From Thermoguttaceae bacterium (lineage in GTDB: Bacteria > Planctomycetota > Planctomycetia > Pirellulales > Thermoguttaceae), in NCBI GenBank assembly GCA_039680305.1, contig JBDKTH010000436.1:1-50864 (forward strand): a stretch of DNA of 50,864 bases, written 5' to 3'. Numbering within the stretch: the first letter of the stretch is position 1; the number at the start of each line of letters is the position of its first letter. A program made the translations under genes and the position numbers. Shown here piece after piece: positions 1 through 9,184 of the stretch. The notes under the pieces were generated by a model. That model saw only the letters and a list, made by a program, of their open reading frames with translations, made no database searches and had not been told where the DNA came from.

Positions 1-227
1 AGTGCTTACTCAATTCGATCCCGTAGTCCTTCAGGAGCCGTTGGCGGGCCAGGTCATAGGAAGGCACGAGGGACGCCAGACGCGAGACCTTCTCGGCCAC
101 CCAACCCCGCATGCAACTGGCGCTCGGCACCCTCCAAGTCTTCCAGCTTGGCGGGCAAGCGATCCATCACCTCGTCGAGTTGACGATGCAGTTGCTCTCG
201 TTCTCCGGCGTTCAGTATACTGGCCAT
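1..227 (-). pseudogene. Partial coiled-coil protein with an apparent frame switch, running off the left edge
   Basis: Minus-strand ATG at 227 reads MASILNAGEREQLHRQLDEVMDRLPAKLEDLEGAERQLHAG and stops at 54. A neighbouring frame from about 110 continues as WVAEKVSRLASLVPSYDLARQRLLKDYGIELSKH to base 1. No family recognised. Confidence 0.25.
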
Positions 228-457
228 CGGATACCTTTCAGGACGCTGGGGACCTTCGGTTGGCGCTGAAACCCTAACGTCCTGTTTCACTTGTCTTTCC
301 TAATCGCGCAGCATCATTTCAGCCGCACCCGCTGCGTTAGTCGCAGCGAGCGAATCCCCCTGGGCAAGAGCGTCACGGCGTGAAGACCGCGGGGCGCCTG
401 CGTCAGAAGCTCGAACGCATCCGCCAACGCACGAATCGGGAATCATCCTTCAGCCTC

Positions 458-487
458 TTGACAGTCTTCCACTGTCCGCACTAACAT
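458..487 (+). promoter_or_regulatory. Sigma70-like promoter candidate facing the recombinase genes
   Basis: TTGACA (458-463), 18-nt spacer, TAACAT (482-487). Planctomycete promoter rules are poorly known. Confidence 0.2.
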
Positions 488-637
488 ACTTTGGTGTTCT
501 TCATCGTTAACAGCAGCGTCGAAGGGGATTCTGTCGCAAGGCCCGGAAGAAATGGCCTCGTGACACGTCCACTCGACGCAAAGCGGTCTGATGGTCAGAT
601 CCCATCAGCGCTCACCTAGCCACCGGTCGCCAACTCA

Positions 638-939
638 TTAGTTGGGGCCCCAATCGGGCCCACGCCCACCGAATGCGACTGCGGATGGCTCTTCTGCCCC
701 AATCGGGTCGAGGGTCCACCGCACATCGGCTTTCTCAGCGAAAGCCCACAGGTCCTCATCGCATTCCTCATGCCAGCCGGTGAAAGCCCAAAAGCTCCCT
801 CGAACGATTTGTGCTTCTTTGCAAAGGCGACCGCATCGCCGGCCGTCGCCAGGTCTGATTTGGACCGCCGGCCGCCTGCCGGACTGGCCTCTTTCTCTCT
901 GGGCTCAGTCCACTTTCCACCCGAAGCGTCTGCGGGGTG
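638..939 (-). pseudogene. Frame-broken coding remnant, unknown family
   Basis: Two adjacent minus-strand frames read like protein: ...SKSDLATAGDAVAFAKKHKSFEGAF, then FWAFTGWHEECDEDLWAFAEKADVRWTLDPIGAEEPSAVAFGGRGPDWGPN-stop (TAA at 640-638). Neither frame has a usable start. Confidence 0.3.
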
Positions 940-1139
940 TTAATCGCCATCGAGGACCGCTCCGGGCGTTTCCGTGCCCGAACCAGAACCGACGTCTGTC
1001 GGAGCATCACGGGTTACTCTCGCCTCGTCTTCTCAAGACCGCGACGGAAACCCACGCGAACAACGGCCTCAGCAAGAGGATCGTCGACCACGACAAACTC
1101 CGGAAGTCAGCAACATCCAGAATTATGCGGGAGCCCCTC

Positions 1140-1331
1140 ATGAATCAATGCCTTCTGAAGCCGAAAGAAGCCGCCCAAAGCCTGGCCATCAGCGAGCGCA
1201 CGCTCTGGCAACTGACAAACCAGGGCGATCTGCCTTGTGTCCGTATTGGCCGCTCCGTCCGGTACGACCCAACCGATTTGGCTTGCTGGATCCAGCAGCG
1301 GAAGTCCGGGGGCTCCCCGTCTCAAAGCTAG
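1140..1331 (+). CDS. Excisionase/AlpA-type helix-turn-helix DNA-binding protein (alternative start 1125)
   Basis: 63 aa: LLKPKEAAQSLAISERTLWQLTNQGDLPCVRIGRSVRYDPTDLACWI matches the MerR-like excisionase HTH pattern. Lies directly upstream of the integrase. Confidence 0.75.
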   Translation: MNQCLLKPKEAAQSLAISERTLWQLTNQGDLPCVRIGRSVRYDPTDLACWIQQRKSGGSPSQS

Positions 1332-1378
1332 CGTGCAAGAATTCAGGGATTGAAAGTCGAGACTGAAAGGAGATTAGC

Positions 1379-2713
1379 GTGGCGAGCATCAGTCGAGAAC
1401 CAAACGGGCGGCGGACGATCCAGTTCATGGATACGGATGGGAAGCGGCGGAGCATCCGACTGGGAAAGGTGTCGCAGCGGGCGGCCGAGGGCATCAAGGT
1501 CAAGGTCGAAGGCCTTGTGGCGTCCAAGATTACCGGGCACGCCCTGGATGACGAAACGGCGCGATGGCTGACCACCCTCGGCGATGACCTCGCGGACAAG
1601 CTAGCGGCCGTCGGGCTCATGCCAAGACGCGAGCGAGCAACCCTCGAGGCGTTTCTTGAGGGCTACATCGCCAAACGCACGGGCGTGGATGTCACGCCAG
1701 CTACGGCCGAGGTCTGGGGACACGTCAAGCGAAACTTGGTCGCGTTCTTCGGCGCTGAACGGCCGCTCAAGAACATCACTGCGGAGGAAGCTGAGGATTG
1801 GAAGCGTTATTTGATCGGCCTGGGGCTGGCCCCGACAACGATCTACAAGCGGCTCCAGTTCGCCCGGATGTTCTTTCGCGCCGCCATCCGGGCCAAGCTG
1901 ATCCACGAGAACCCCTTTGCGGAGGTAAAAGGGCGGGAGGCCGACTCGAATCGGAAGTTCTTTGTCACGCGCGAGGCGGCCGAGCGAGTCTTGGCCGCCT
2001 GCCCCGACGCCCAGTGGCGACTCCTCTTTGCCCTCAGCCGTTACGGTGGCCTCCGTTGCCCCTCCGAACATCTTGCCCTCCGCTGGGGTGACATCGATTG
2101 GGAGCACAATCGCATCACCGTCACGAGCCCGAAGACGGCCCGCCACCCGGGCCATGAGTCTCGCATCATCCCCCTCTTCCCGGAACTCAGACCCTATTTG
2201 GAGGAGGTCTTTGAGCAGGCAGAACCGGGGACGGAATATGTCATCACCCGTTACCGGCAGCGGAACTGCAACCTGCGAACCCAACTGGAGCGGATCATTC
2301 TCAAGGCCCGGATGCTGCCCTGGCCGCGACTGTTTCACAACCTGCGGGCTTCGCGGGAGACGGAGCTCGCGAAAGAGCACCCCCTCCATGTGGTGACGAA
2401 GTGGATCGGCAATAGCACGAAGATCGCGGCGAAACACTATCTTCAGGTCGTCGAGGAAGATTTCCAGGAGGCGATGAAGAAGGCGGTGCAAAATCCGGTG
2501 CAGCAACCCGCCGTACCACTTCGCGAGCCCCCGCAAGAGAGTGGAAACGACAATGGCTCCGGTTCGGGGGCCGCTCAAGCGGATTGCCCTAATTCGGAGC
2601 CATGCGGAAACTTACGGCCCATCGCGAGAATTCGCGACAAGTCCTTTTTCTGTAACGACTTAAATCAAGCGGAGAGGACAGGATTCGTCTTGGCCCTCTC
2701 CGCAACTCCTTGA
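1379..2713 (+). CDS. Tyrosine site-specific recombinase (phage integrase family), GTG start
   Basis: GGLRCPSE (box I Arg), then HNLRASRETE (H-x-x-R), then AAKHYLQV (catalytic Tyr). Has an N-terminal arm-type domain. Confidence 0.9.
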   Translation: MASISREPNGRRTIQFMDTDGKRRSIRLGKVSQRAAEGIKVKVEGLVASKITGHALDDETARWLTTLGDDLADKLAAVGLMPRRERATLEAFLEGYIAKRTGVDVTPATAEVWGHVKRNLVAFFGAERPLKNITAEEAEDWKRYLIGLGLAPTTIYKRLQFARMFFRAAIRAKLIHENPFAEVKGREADSNRKFFVTREAAERVLAACPDAQWRLLFALSRYGGLRCPSEHLALRWGDIDWEHNRITVTSPKTARHPGHESRIIPLFPELRPYLEEVFEQAEPGTEYVITRYRQRNCNLRTQLERIILKARMLPWPRLFHNLRASRETELAKEHPLHVVTKWIGNSTKIAAKHYLQVVEEDFQEAMKKAVQNPVQQPAVPLREPPQESGNDNGSGSGAAQADCPNSEPCGNLRPIARIRDKSFFCNDLNQAERTGFVLALSATP

Positions 2714-2928
2714 GCGTGAACACATTGCGAACGCAAGCCCGGAAGTAGTCGTGTCTTGCGTCTTGTCACGTGTGATCGTCTATGGTCACGGATTCTCACC
2801 TGTTGTCATCTGTTTTGTCCCACTGGGACAAACGTCAGCGGTGACTCTCGAAAGCGGAGACCAATCGTCTCCGCTGGCGCAGCCGCTTGCCGATCCGTTG
2901 CGGACGCCTCTCACAGGGAGGTGTTGCG

Positions 2929-4914
2929 ATGATTTCTTGCTCGAACTCACAGCTTGTGCCCAGAAACGGCCACACGCTCATCGCCGCGATCGTTGCCCGA
3001 ATCAGCGGGTGTCCCAGCCAGAAGGAGCTCAGCCTCGCCGATCAAGTGGATCATGCCAAGGAGGAAATAGCCCAGTCGTATCAAGGGCCGATCGAGTACC
3101 GCGTGATCGCCACCAAAGGAAAAGGCGAACGCGTGGACCGGCCGGAGCTTGGGCAGGTGGAGCAGATGATCCGCAGCGGGGAACTGGACCTGCTCGTCAT
3201 GGAGGACGTGGGCCGGTTGGTCCGCGGCGCCGAGGCGGTGAAGCTGTGGGGAATTGCCGTGGATCACGGCGTTCGCTGCCTCGCCCCCAACGACTGCCTA
3301 GACAGCGCCGACGAGACGTGGGAAGAGGAGTTGATCACCGCCTGCCGAGACCATGTGGGGCACAACACTCACACCTCCAAGCGGCTCACAAAGAAGCTGA
3401 TGAATCGCTTCAAGAAGCTCGGCGGGGCGGTGGCCCTGCCGATCGCCGGATATATCAAACCGAAAGACGCCAAGACCTATCACGATTGGAGCAAGGACGA
3501 TTCCGCGACCGAGGAGGTCGCCCAAGGGCTGAGTATATTGAAGGCGACGCTAAACTGCTCTGTCGTGGCCGACTACTTCAACCAGAACGGGTACTCGACG
3601 GGGCCCTATTGCCGACGGAAACTGTGGAATGGCCCCATGGTTCGGCGGTACTACAAGAACCGGCTTCTCTCCGGCCATCCAGGCCGCGGATTCCGGCACA
3701 CCATCAAGCACCACGAGACGGGGCGCCGCGTATCCGTCAAGAACCCGAACGGCGATCCCACGTTCGTAGCATACCCTCACTTGGCCCACATCGACGCCGA
3801 GGAGCAGGACGAGGTCAACCGCATGCTCGATGCGAAGAACTCCCGTGTTCGGCGGAAGGCGGTGAACGGAGTCGATCCGCTCTGGCAGAAATCCCGGAAG
3901 CGGACCCGCTTCCCCGGGCAGCACGCCTGCTGCTGGTACTGCGGCGGGCACTACGTCTGGGGCGGCAACGGGATGACGGAGAACTTGATGTGCTCGGCCA
4001 GCCGGGATTGGCGTTGCTGGAACTCGGTCGGTTTCCACGGGCCGCTGGCAGTGGAACGCCTCGTGAACGTTATCACCAGCGAACTGTACGCGCTGCCCGG
4101 GTTTGAGGACCAGTTCCGCGAGTTGGTCCAGATTGCCCGACAGGACCGTTGCGGCGGTCAGGCCCAGCGGTGGCAGAAGCTCCGTAGCGATGAGGCGGTC
4201 CTCGCCCGGGAGCAGGCGAACTTCGCCGCCGCGATTGCTCAGTATGGCCCGCGTTCAGTGTTTCAGGAGAAGTTGCGGGAACTGGACGCACGCGAGAAGG
4301 AGTTGGCCCGGGAGCGGTCTGCGTTGGAGCGACTCGAAAAGCGGGAGCTCTGCTTGCCTCAATCCACAGTCGAGCTTCGGCAGATGCTCGAGGACCAGTT
4401 CCAAGGGCTGGCGGTTGATTCTCCCGAGTTCGGGGACCTTATGCGGCTGTTGGTGCCGGAGTTCCACGTGTACCTGGTGCGGCTCCTCGATGGCGGTCAC
4501 CCGCTGCCACGGGCCAAGGTCAAGTTGACCCTGGGGGGCATTGTCCCGGACAGCCAGCACGTGCCCGGCCTGGACGGTCTGTTGACCCGGGAGTTGACGC
4601 TGGACTTGTTCGAGCGGCCGCCACAACGGGAACGCATCCGCGAGGAGGCAGTTCGTCGAGCTGCCCAGGGGCTAACGCAGCGGCAGATCGTCGCCCAACT
4701 GGCAAAATGGCCCACCGCCGAAGAGGCCGAGCGGCCCAAGCTGCCGGTGGTCCAGCAGGCCTTGGCTCTTGACCGACTGATGAAAGGGCAAGGGCTTGAT
4801 AGCCCGTACGTGCTGTTACTGGAGCCGCCGGCGGATTATCCCAAGCTCCGCCGCCATAAGAACGCCAAGTACCGCTTTAAGCCACGCAACGGTTACGAGC
4901 GTCCGGTGATCTAA
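2929..4914 (+). CDS. Large serine recombinase
   Basis: GGGAGG RBS 8 nt upstream. Resolvase domain AAIVARISGCPSQKELSLADQ (catalytic Ser), recombinase domain, Cys-rich zinc ribbon CCWYCGGHYVWGG...MCSASRDWRCWN, then a coiled-coil. Confidence 0.9.
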   Translation: MISCSNSQLVPRNGHTLIAAIVARISGCPSQKELSLADQVDHAKEEIAQSYQGPIEYRVIATKGKGERVDRPELGQVEQMIRSGELDLLVMEDVGRLVRGAEAVKLWGIAVDHGVRCLAPNDCLDSADETWEEELITACRDHVGHNTHTSKRLTKKLMNRFKKLGGAVALPIAGYIKPKDAKTYHDWSKDDSATEEVAQGLSILKATLNCSVVADYFNQNGYSTGPYCRRKLWNGPMVRRYYKNRLLSGHPGRGFRHTIKHHETGRRVSVKNPNGDPTFVAYPHLAHIDAEEQDEVNRMLDAKNSRVRRKAVNGVDPLWQKSRKRTRFPGQHACCWYCGGHYVWGGNGMTENLMCSASRDWRCWNSVGFHGPLAVERLVNVITSELYALPGFEDQFRELVQIARQDRCGGQAQRWQKLRSDEAVLAREQANFAAAIAQYGPRSVFQEKLRELDAREKELARERSALERLEKRELCLPQSTVELRQMLEDQFQGLAVDSPEFGDLMRLLVPEFHVYLVRLLDGGHPLPRAKVKLTLGGIVPDSQHVPGLDGLLTRELTLDLFERPPQRERIREEAVRRAAQGLTQRQIVAQLAKWPTAEEAERPKLPVVQQALALDRLMKGQGLDSPYVLLLEPPADYPKLRRHKNAKYRFKPRNGYERPVI

Positions 4915-4949
4915 GCGGGAAATTCTGACAAGGACCGATTCGACTGTGT

Positions 4950-4979
4950 GCCCCCGGCAATTCGCCGGGGGCTTTTTTT
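4950..4979 (+). terminator. Rho-independent terminator after the serine recombinase
   Basis: GCCCCCGGC / GCCGGGGGC 9-bp stem, 5-nt loop, followed by T7. Confidence 0.75.
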
Positions 4980-5005
4980 GCGCGCAGGAAGAAGGAGATC
5001 AATGT

Positions 5006-5191
5006 ATGCTCGGAATTCCCAAGGATCGAAAGTCACGGGGCACGACAAAGGTCGGCCCGATCAAGCCCGGTTCCCCCCTCTATCGCGCTTTGGAGATGAT
5101 TGCGAGGGAGGTTGCCAAGGGGCTGGATGCCGGCGGGGCATCGGAGGGGAACCGACGGCACAACACACGAGTCCCTAAGCCTGGGCCATAG
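5006..5191 (+). CDS. Small hypothetical protein (61 aa)
   Basis: AAGGAG upstream. MLGIPKDRKSRGTTKVGPIKPGSPLYRALEMIAREVAKGL... No family recognised. Confidence 0.3.
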   Translation: MLGIPKDRKSRGTTKVGPIKPGSPLYRALEMIAREVAKGLDAGGASEGNRRHNTRVPKPGP

Positions 5192-5505
5192 CCTGCCCAG
5201 TTCACTGGAACGTTCGTTTCTCAGCAGGCCCCAGGCCCCCGTCCTCACTCGGCGGTCCTGAGGGCTTTTCATGTTGCGAGCGAGCCACGCCGTCTGTTGC
5301 GGTTGGGGAGTGGTGTGAGTGCGAGTTTTGTCTCGCCACGTGGTGCGGGACTGGCCTATGTTTCGTCCTGAAACCGGAGCAGTCTCTTTCCAGAGGTCGT
5401 TCTCATTGAAGACGCCCGAGAACTCTCCCCGACGCAACAGGTCTCCGCTCGCTTGGCTCGCCTTGAACCCATGCTTCGACCTTTCCTCGTTTTCTTGGAG
5501 GCTTT

Positions 5506-6078
5506 ATGAAACCAGTCGCTTTCCCCCGAATTCTTTTCGCGGCCCTCGTGGTGGTCGTGCTCGTCGGTTGCGACGAGAATGACCGCATCGTGCAAGTGGC
5601 CACGGAGGCCGCCGACCGCCAGGCGGAACAGAACCGCCAGATCGCCGATCAGAACCAGACACTCGCCGGGGCTACTCAAACGCTGATTGCGGCGGATGCC
5701 CAGGCCCGCCAGGAACTCATCGCGTTCCAAAAAGACCTCCAGGCCCAGCAGGCCGAGATTGGCCACCAGCGGGACCAGCTGGAGGCCGAACGCCGGCAGT
5801 TGGCCGACGCGCGGACCTGGGACTCGCAGGTGGCCCTGGCAGCGCGGAGCTTCGGTGTGCTGGCCGCGTGCCTGGTCCCGATCGTGCTGTGCTGGCAGAT
5901 GCTCCGCACAGTCCGACAGGGGAACGACGATCCGGTGCTTACCGAGGTGCTGATTACGGAGCTCACCGCGTCGCAATCGCCTTTGCTTTCCGGTGGCAGC
6001 AAGCCGCCTGCGATTCTCGACGAGCCACGACGCGTGCCTGAACTAACCCGGGACGGTACTTGGGACGGGGAAGGATGA
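5506..6078 (+). CDS. Lipoprotein with Q/A-rich coiled-coil and a C-terminal TM helix
   Basis: GGAGG RBS. Signal peptide with lipobox LVGC. Heptad-like QAEQNRQIADQNQTL...QAQQAEIGHQRDQLEAERRQL. Hydrophobic segment FGVLAACLVPIVLCW. Confidence 0.65.
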   Translation: MKPVAFPRILFAALVVVVLVGCDENDRIVQVATEAADRQAEQNRQIADQNQTLAGATQTLIAADAQARQELIAFQKDLQAQQAEIGHQRDQLEAERRQLADARTWDSQVALAARSFGVLAACLVPIVLCWQMLRTVRQGNDDPVLTEVLITELTASQSPLLSGGSKPPAILDEPRRVPELTRDGTWDGEG

Positions 6079-6202
6079 CCCTCCCCCTGGCACGGAGCTC
6101 GCCAATCATCCCTTTGCTGCGTTGGCAAAGGCCACGTCTCTTCGTCCGCCTCCCTCGCGGTCCTGTCTTCCACTTCCCTTCTTCCCAACCATGAGGAGAC
6201 TT

Positions 6203-6376
6203 ATGTCGAACCTGCTGCTCTTGGGCACGGTGCTCTCCCTGCTGGTGGCCGTTGCCGCCCTGGTCCGCGAGGTTCGTTTGCGGAGGGCCCTGGAACGCCT
6301 GCTTGCCCGCCTGATCTCCCACCTTCGCAAGCCCCCGCGTCACCGCGGTAATGCTTCGGACGATCAAGGGGGATGA
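6203..6376 (+). CDS. Small single-pass membrane protein (alternative start 6191)
   Basis: AGGAGA RBS. MSNLLLLGTVLSLLVAVAALV followed by an Arg-rich tail. Confidence 0.45.
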   Translation: MSNLLLLGTVLSLLVAVAALVREVRLRRALERLLARLISHLRKPPRHRGNASDDQGG

Positions 6377-6494
6377 CCTCGCAGGGCCTGCCCCCATCTC
6401 TTCCAACCCTTCGTAGTCCCGAGGCTATCCAAGCCCACAACAGGCAGGGGCTCGAATGCCGAAATGTCCTCACCACAATCCCCAAGGAGAAACG

Positions 6495-6866
6495 ATGTCG
6501 CACATTGTCACCGTCCAAACAGAAATCCGTGATGTGGCGGCCGTTCGGGCCGCCTGCCAACGGCTCGGACTGGCCCCACCAGTCCAGGGAGCCACCCGGC
6601 TCTTTAGCGGCGAAGCAAGCGGGCTTGCGGTCCAACTTCCCGGCTGGCAGTACGCGGTGGTCGCCAACCTCGCGACCGGCCAACTGACATTCGACAATTT
6701 TGGCGGCCGCTGGGGCGATTCCCGTCACCTCGACCAGTTCCAGCAAGCCTATGCCGTCGAGAAGGCCAAGATCGAGGCCCGTAGGCGGGGCCACACGGTC
6801 GCCGAGCAGCCACTTGCGAATGGCTCGATCAAGCTCACGATCCAGATCAGCGGAGGTGCCGCATGA
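6495..6866 (+). CDS. DUF1257 (Ycf35-like) protein
   Basis: AAGGAGA RBS. MSHIVTVQTEIRDVAAVRAACQRLGL...GWQYAVVANLATGQLTFDNFGGRWGD matches the DUF1257 pattern (MSHF..IKT.I.D...L..A...LG). Confidence 0.85.
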   Translation: MSHIVTVQTEIRDVAAVRAACQRLGLAPPVQGATRLFSGEASGLAVQLPGWQYAVVANLATGQLTFDNFGGRWGDSRHLDQFQQAYAVEKAKIEARRRGHTVAEQPLANGSIKLTIQISGGAA

Positions 6867-7057
6867 GCCGAATCATCGAAGTGATCATTGGTCCGAAAGG
6901 CGAAACGACGGTCCAGACCAAGGGTTTTGTCGGGGCAAGCTGCCGGGAGGCGAGCCGGTTTCTCGAACAAGCCCTAGGCCAACAGGCCGGCGAACAGTTG
7001 ACCGCCGAGTTCCATCAGTCGCAGGCGGTTAAACAGAGCCATCAGGAGCGACATTAA
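6863..7057 (+). CDS. DUF2997-like small protein
   Basis: ATGA overlap with the DUF1257 gene. MSRIIEVIIGPKGETTVQTKGFVGASCREASRFLEQALG matches the DUF2997 pattern. Confidence 0.8.
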   Translation: MSRIIEVIIGPKGETTVQTKGFVGASCREASRFLEQALGQQAGEQLTAEFHQSQAVKQSHQERH

Positions 7058-7136
7058 GCCTCATGTGGCTTGGTCAGCCTCGTGGAATCAGCCGACTTCT
7101 TCCGAGAGCTCACCTCCAAATGAAAGGAACCTGACT

Positions 7137-7568
7137 ATGATCGAGAAGAAACGATCCGGCGGTTTGGGTCGCCGAAAATGGATCTACGGGATCCTTGTCG
7201 CCTGTGTCCTTGCCCTGGCCTGCTTAAAGCCGGTGGCGATCGCCGCGATCTATGGCTACCAGCGGTACTTCTCTCCCTTTAAGGGCTATCACTGTGCCCA
7301 TGCAGCCCTCTACGGCGGCCTCTCGTGCTCCGAGTATGGCAAGCAGGCGATCCAGGCCAACGGCGTCCTGGGAGGCCTGATCTTGCTTGCGCAGCGGTTC
7401 GAGGCCTGCCACAACGCCGCCGTTGTGATCCGCCAAAGCCACTTTCTGGCGACAGAACCTCGCGTCGAAGAATGCTTGGAGAGTGATTGGCAACGTGGCA
7501 AGCGGGAAGGCCAGGAGGCCCGTGAGTACTGCACTGGCTGCCTCCAGGGATGCTGCTCTGACCAGTAG
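7137..7568 (+). CDS. Divergent YidD-like (haemolytic-domain) membrane protein with a Cys-rich tail
   Basis: N-terminal TM helix, then YQRYFSPFKGYHCAHAALYGGLSCSEYGKQAIQANGVLGG...RFEACH, resembling YidD Y-x-x-x-ISP...C...C-S-x-Y. C-terminus is CTGCLQGCCSDQ. Confidence 0.6.
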   Translation: MIEKKRSGGLGRRKWIYGILVACVLALACLKPVAIAAIYGYQRYFSPFKGYHCAHAALYGGLSCSEYGKQAIQANGVLGGLILLAQRFEACHNAAVVIRQSHFLATEPRVEECLESDWQRGKREGQEAREYCTGCLQGCCSDQ

Positions 7569-7676
7569 CCACCTCGTCTTGTCGCGCGTCGAGTCCTAGA
7601 AATGCTTGGCAACCGCCGGCTTCGCGTCCAACACCCTTTCCCCCAACCCATCACGTTTTTTGTGAGGAGTCCATCC

Positions 7677-9164
7677 ATGACACTGTCCGATCGTCTGCGC
7701 GAATACGTCGCCGCCTGTTTTTGCGGCCTTTGGATCGAGTCGCATGAGCACGCCGAGGCCCTGGCCGAGATCGCCGTGCTTTGCCGCGAGGAGCACTGGC
7801 GGCTGATCACGTGGGACATCGAGCGGGGCCTTCAGGTCCCTGGCGGCGACGTTCCGGCCGATGCCGGCAGCGGTGATCCTGTGGCGGCCATCCGTGCCGT
7901 CAATGCCCTGGCCAGCCCCGAAGGCTCGGCGCTTTTGGTCCTCCAGAACTTCCACCGCTTCTTGCAGTCGGCGGAGATCGTCCAGGCCTTGGCTCAACAG
8001 ATCGTCGCCGGAAAGCAGAACCGCACGTTCGTTCTCGTGCTCTCCCCCTCGGTGCAGATCCCCGTGGAACTGGAGCGGCTTTTCGTCGTCGTCACGCACG
8101 AATTGCCGGACCGCGGGCAGCTGGAAGAAATCGCCCGGGGCGTGGCCGTGGAGCCCGGGGAATTGCCACAGGGAGAGGAACTGCATCGACTCTTGGACGC
8201 CGCGGCGGGGCTCACGCGGCTGGAGGCGGAGAACGCCTTTGCCCTGAGCCTGGTGCGCCACCAGGTCCTCCGCCCCGAGGTCGTCTGGAAGCTCAAGGGC
8301 GAATCGCTCCAAAAAAGCGGCCTCTTGAGCCTCCAGCGTGGGCCGGAGACGTTTGCGGGGCTTGGTGGCCTGGAGGCCCTCAAGCAGTTCTGCCTTCGCG
8401 CCTTAGGACCGAAGGAGCCGAGCCGTCCTCGGCCCCGCGGGATCGTGCTTTTGGGACCTCCGGGGACGGGCAAGTCGGCGATCGCCAAGGCGCTGGGCAA
8501 CGAGACCGCGCGGCCCACCCTGATCCTCGATCCTGGAAGCCTGATGGGCTCCTTGGTTGGTCAAACCGAGGAGCGGACAAGGCAGGCCCTGCGGATCATC
8601 GACGCCTTCGGCCCGTGCATTGTGGTCATCGACGAGGTCGACCACGCCCTGGCCGGCCATCAGGCCAGTGGCGATTCCGGCGTGATGCGTCGATTCTTCG
8701 GCCAGATGCAGACCTGGCTTAATGACCACACCTCCGAGGCGTTCGTCGTCTGCACCTCGAACGACCTTCGCTCGCTTCCTAGCGCCTTTACGCGGGCCGA
8801 GCGATTCGACGGCGTGTGGTTTGTCGACTTCCCCGGCGCTAGCCAGAAGCGGACGATCTGGCGGCTCTATCTGGAGAAGTACGGGTTGGATCCCACCCAG
8901 CCCCGTCCGGTGGATGCGGACTGGAGCGGGGCGGAGATCAAGGCCTGCTGCCGCTTGGCGGCAATGCTTGACGTGCCCTTGCTGGAAGCGGCGCAGAACA
9001 TCGTTCCTGTGGCCAAGACGGCCAGCGAGTCGATCGCCGAGCTTCGGGAGTGGGCCTCCGGCCGCTGCCTCTCGGCCGACAAGCCCGGGATCTATGCCCG
9101 GACCGCGCATGCCGCGCCCGTAAAACTAGGCCGCAAGGTTCGCCGCGATCCGAGTACCAACTGA
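7677..9164 (+). CDS. Ycf46-type AAA+ ATPase
   Basis: GAGGAG RBS. Walker A GPPGTGKS, Walker B IVVIDEVD. Ycf46-like strings along the whole length: LVLQNFHRFL, IPVELERLF, GGLEALKQ, GDSGVMRRFFGQMQTWL, FVVCTSN, RAERFDGVWFVDFP, ELREWASGR. Confidence 0.9.
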   Translation: MTLSDRLREYVAACFCGLWIESHEHAEALAEIAVLCREEHWRLITWDIERGLQVPGGDVPADAGSGDPVAAIRAVNALASPEGSALLVLQNFHRFLQSAEIVQALAQQIVAGKQNRTFVLVLSPSVQIPVELERLFVVVTHELPDRGQLEEIARGVAVEPGELPQGEELHRLLDAAAGLTRLEAENAFALSLVRHQVLRPEVVWKLKGESLQKSGLLSLQRGPETFAGLGGLEALKQFCLRALGPKEPSRPRPRGIVLLGPPGTGKSAIAKALGNETARPTLILDPGSLMGSLVGQTEERTRQALRIIDAFGPCIVVIDEVDHALAGHQASGDSGVMRRFFGQMQTWLNDHTSEAFVVCTSNDLRSLPSAFTRAERFDGVWFVDFPGASQKRTIWRLYLEKYGLDPTQPRPVDADWSGAEIKACCRLAAMLDVPLLEAAQNIVPVAKTASESIAELREWASGRCLSADKPGIYARTAHAAPVKLGRKVRRDPSTN

Positions 9165-9184
9165 TCCAGGGCTCGTGTCCCTCG

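Noticed and set aside
605-615. 11-bp identity TCAGCGCTCAC shared with 19874-19884 as candidate att repeats
   Set aside because: It is too short to distinguish from chance between two intergenic regions each several hundred bp to about 1 kb long. It would also place chromosomal-looking lipoprotein/J-domain genes inside the island. A computational repeat search is needed.
560-630. Possible tRNA 3' fragment or att site (GATGG-TCAGATC-CCATC followed by AGCGCTCACC)
   Set aside because: The loop does not fit the T-loop consensus (TTCRANY). There is no matching 5' acceptor strand or D/anticodon arms upstream, and no CCA context. It was kept only as a hairpin.
1601-2578. 325-aa ORF antisense to the tyrosine integrase, plus the 2751-4106 alternative frame over the serine recombinase
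   Set aside because: The composition is junk-like, and the recombinase frames carry full catalytic motifs.
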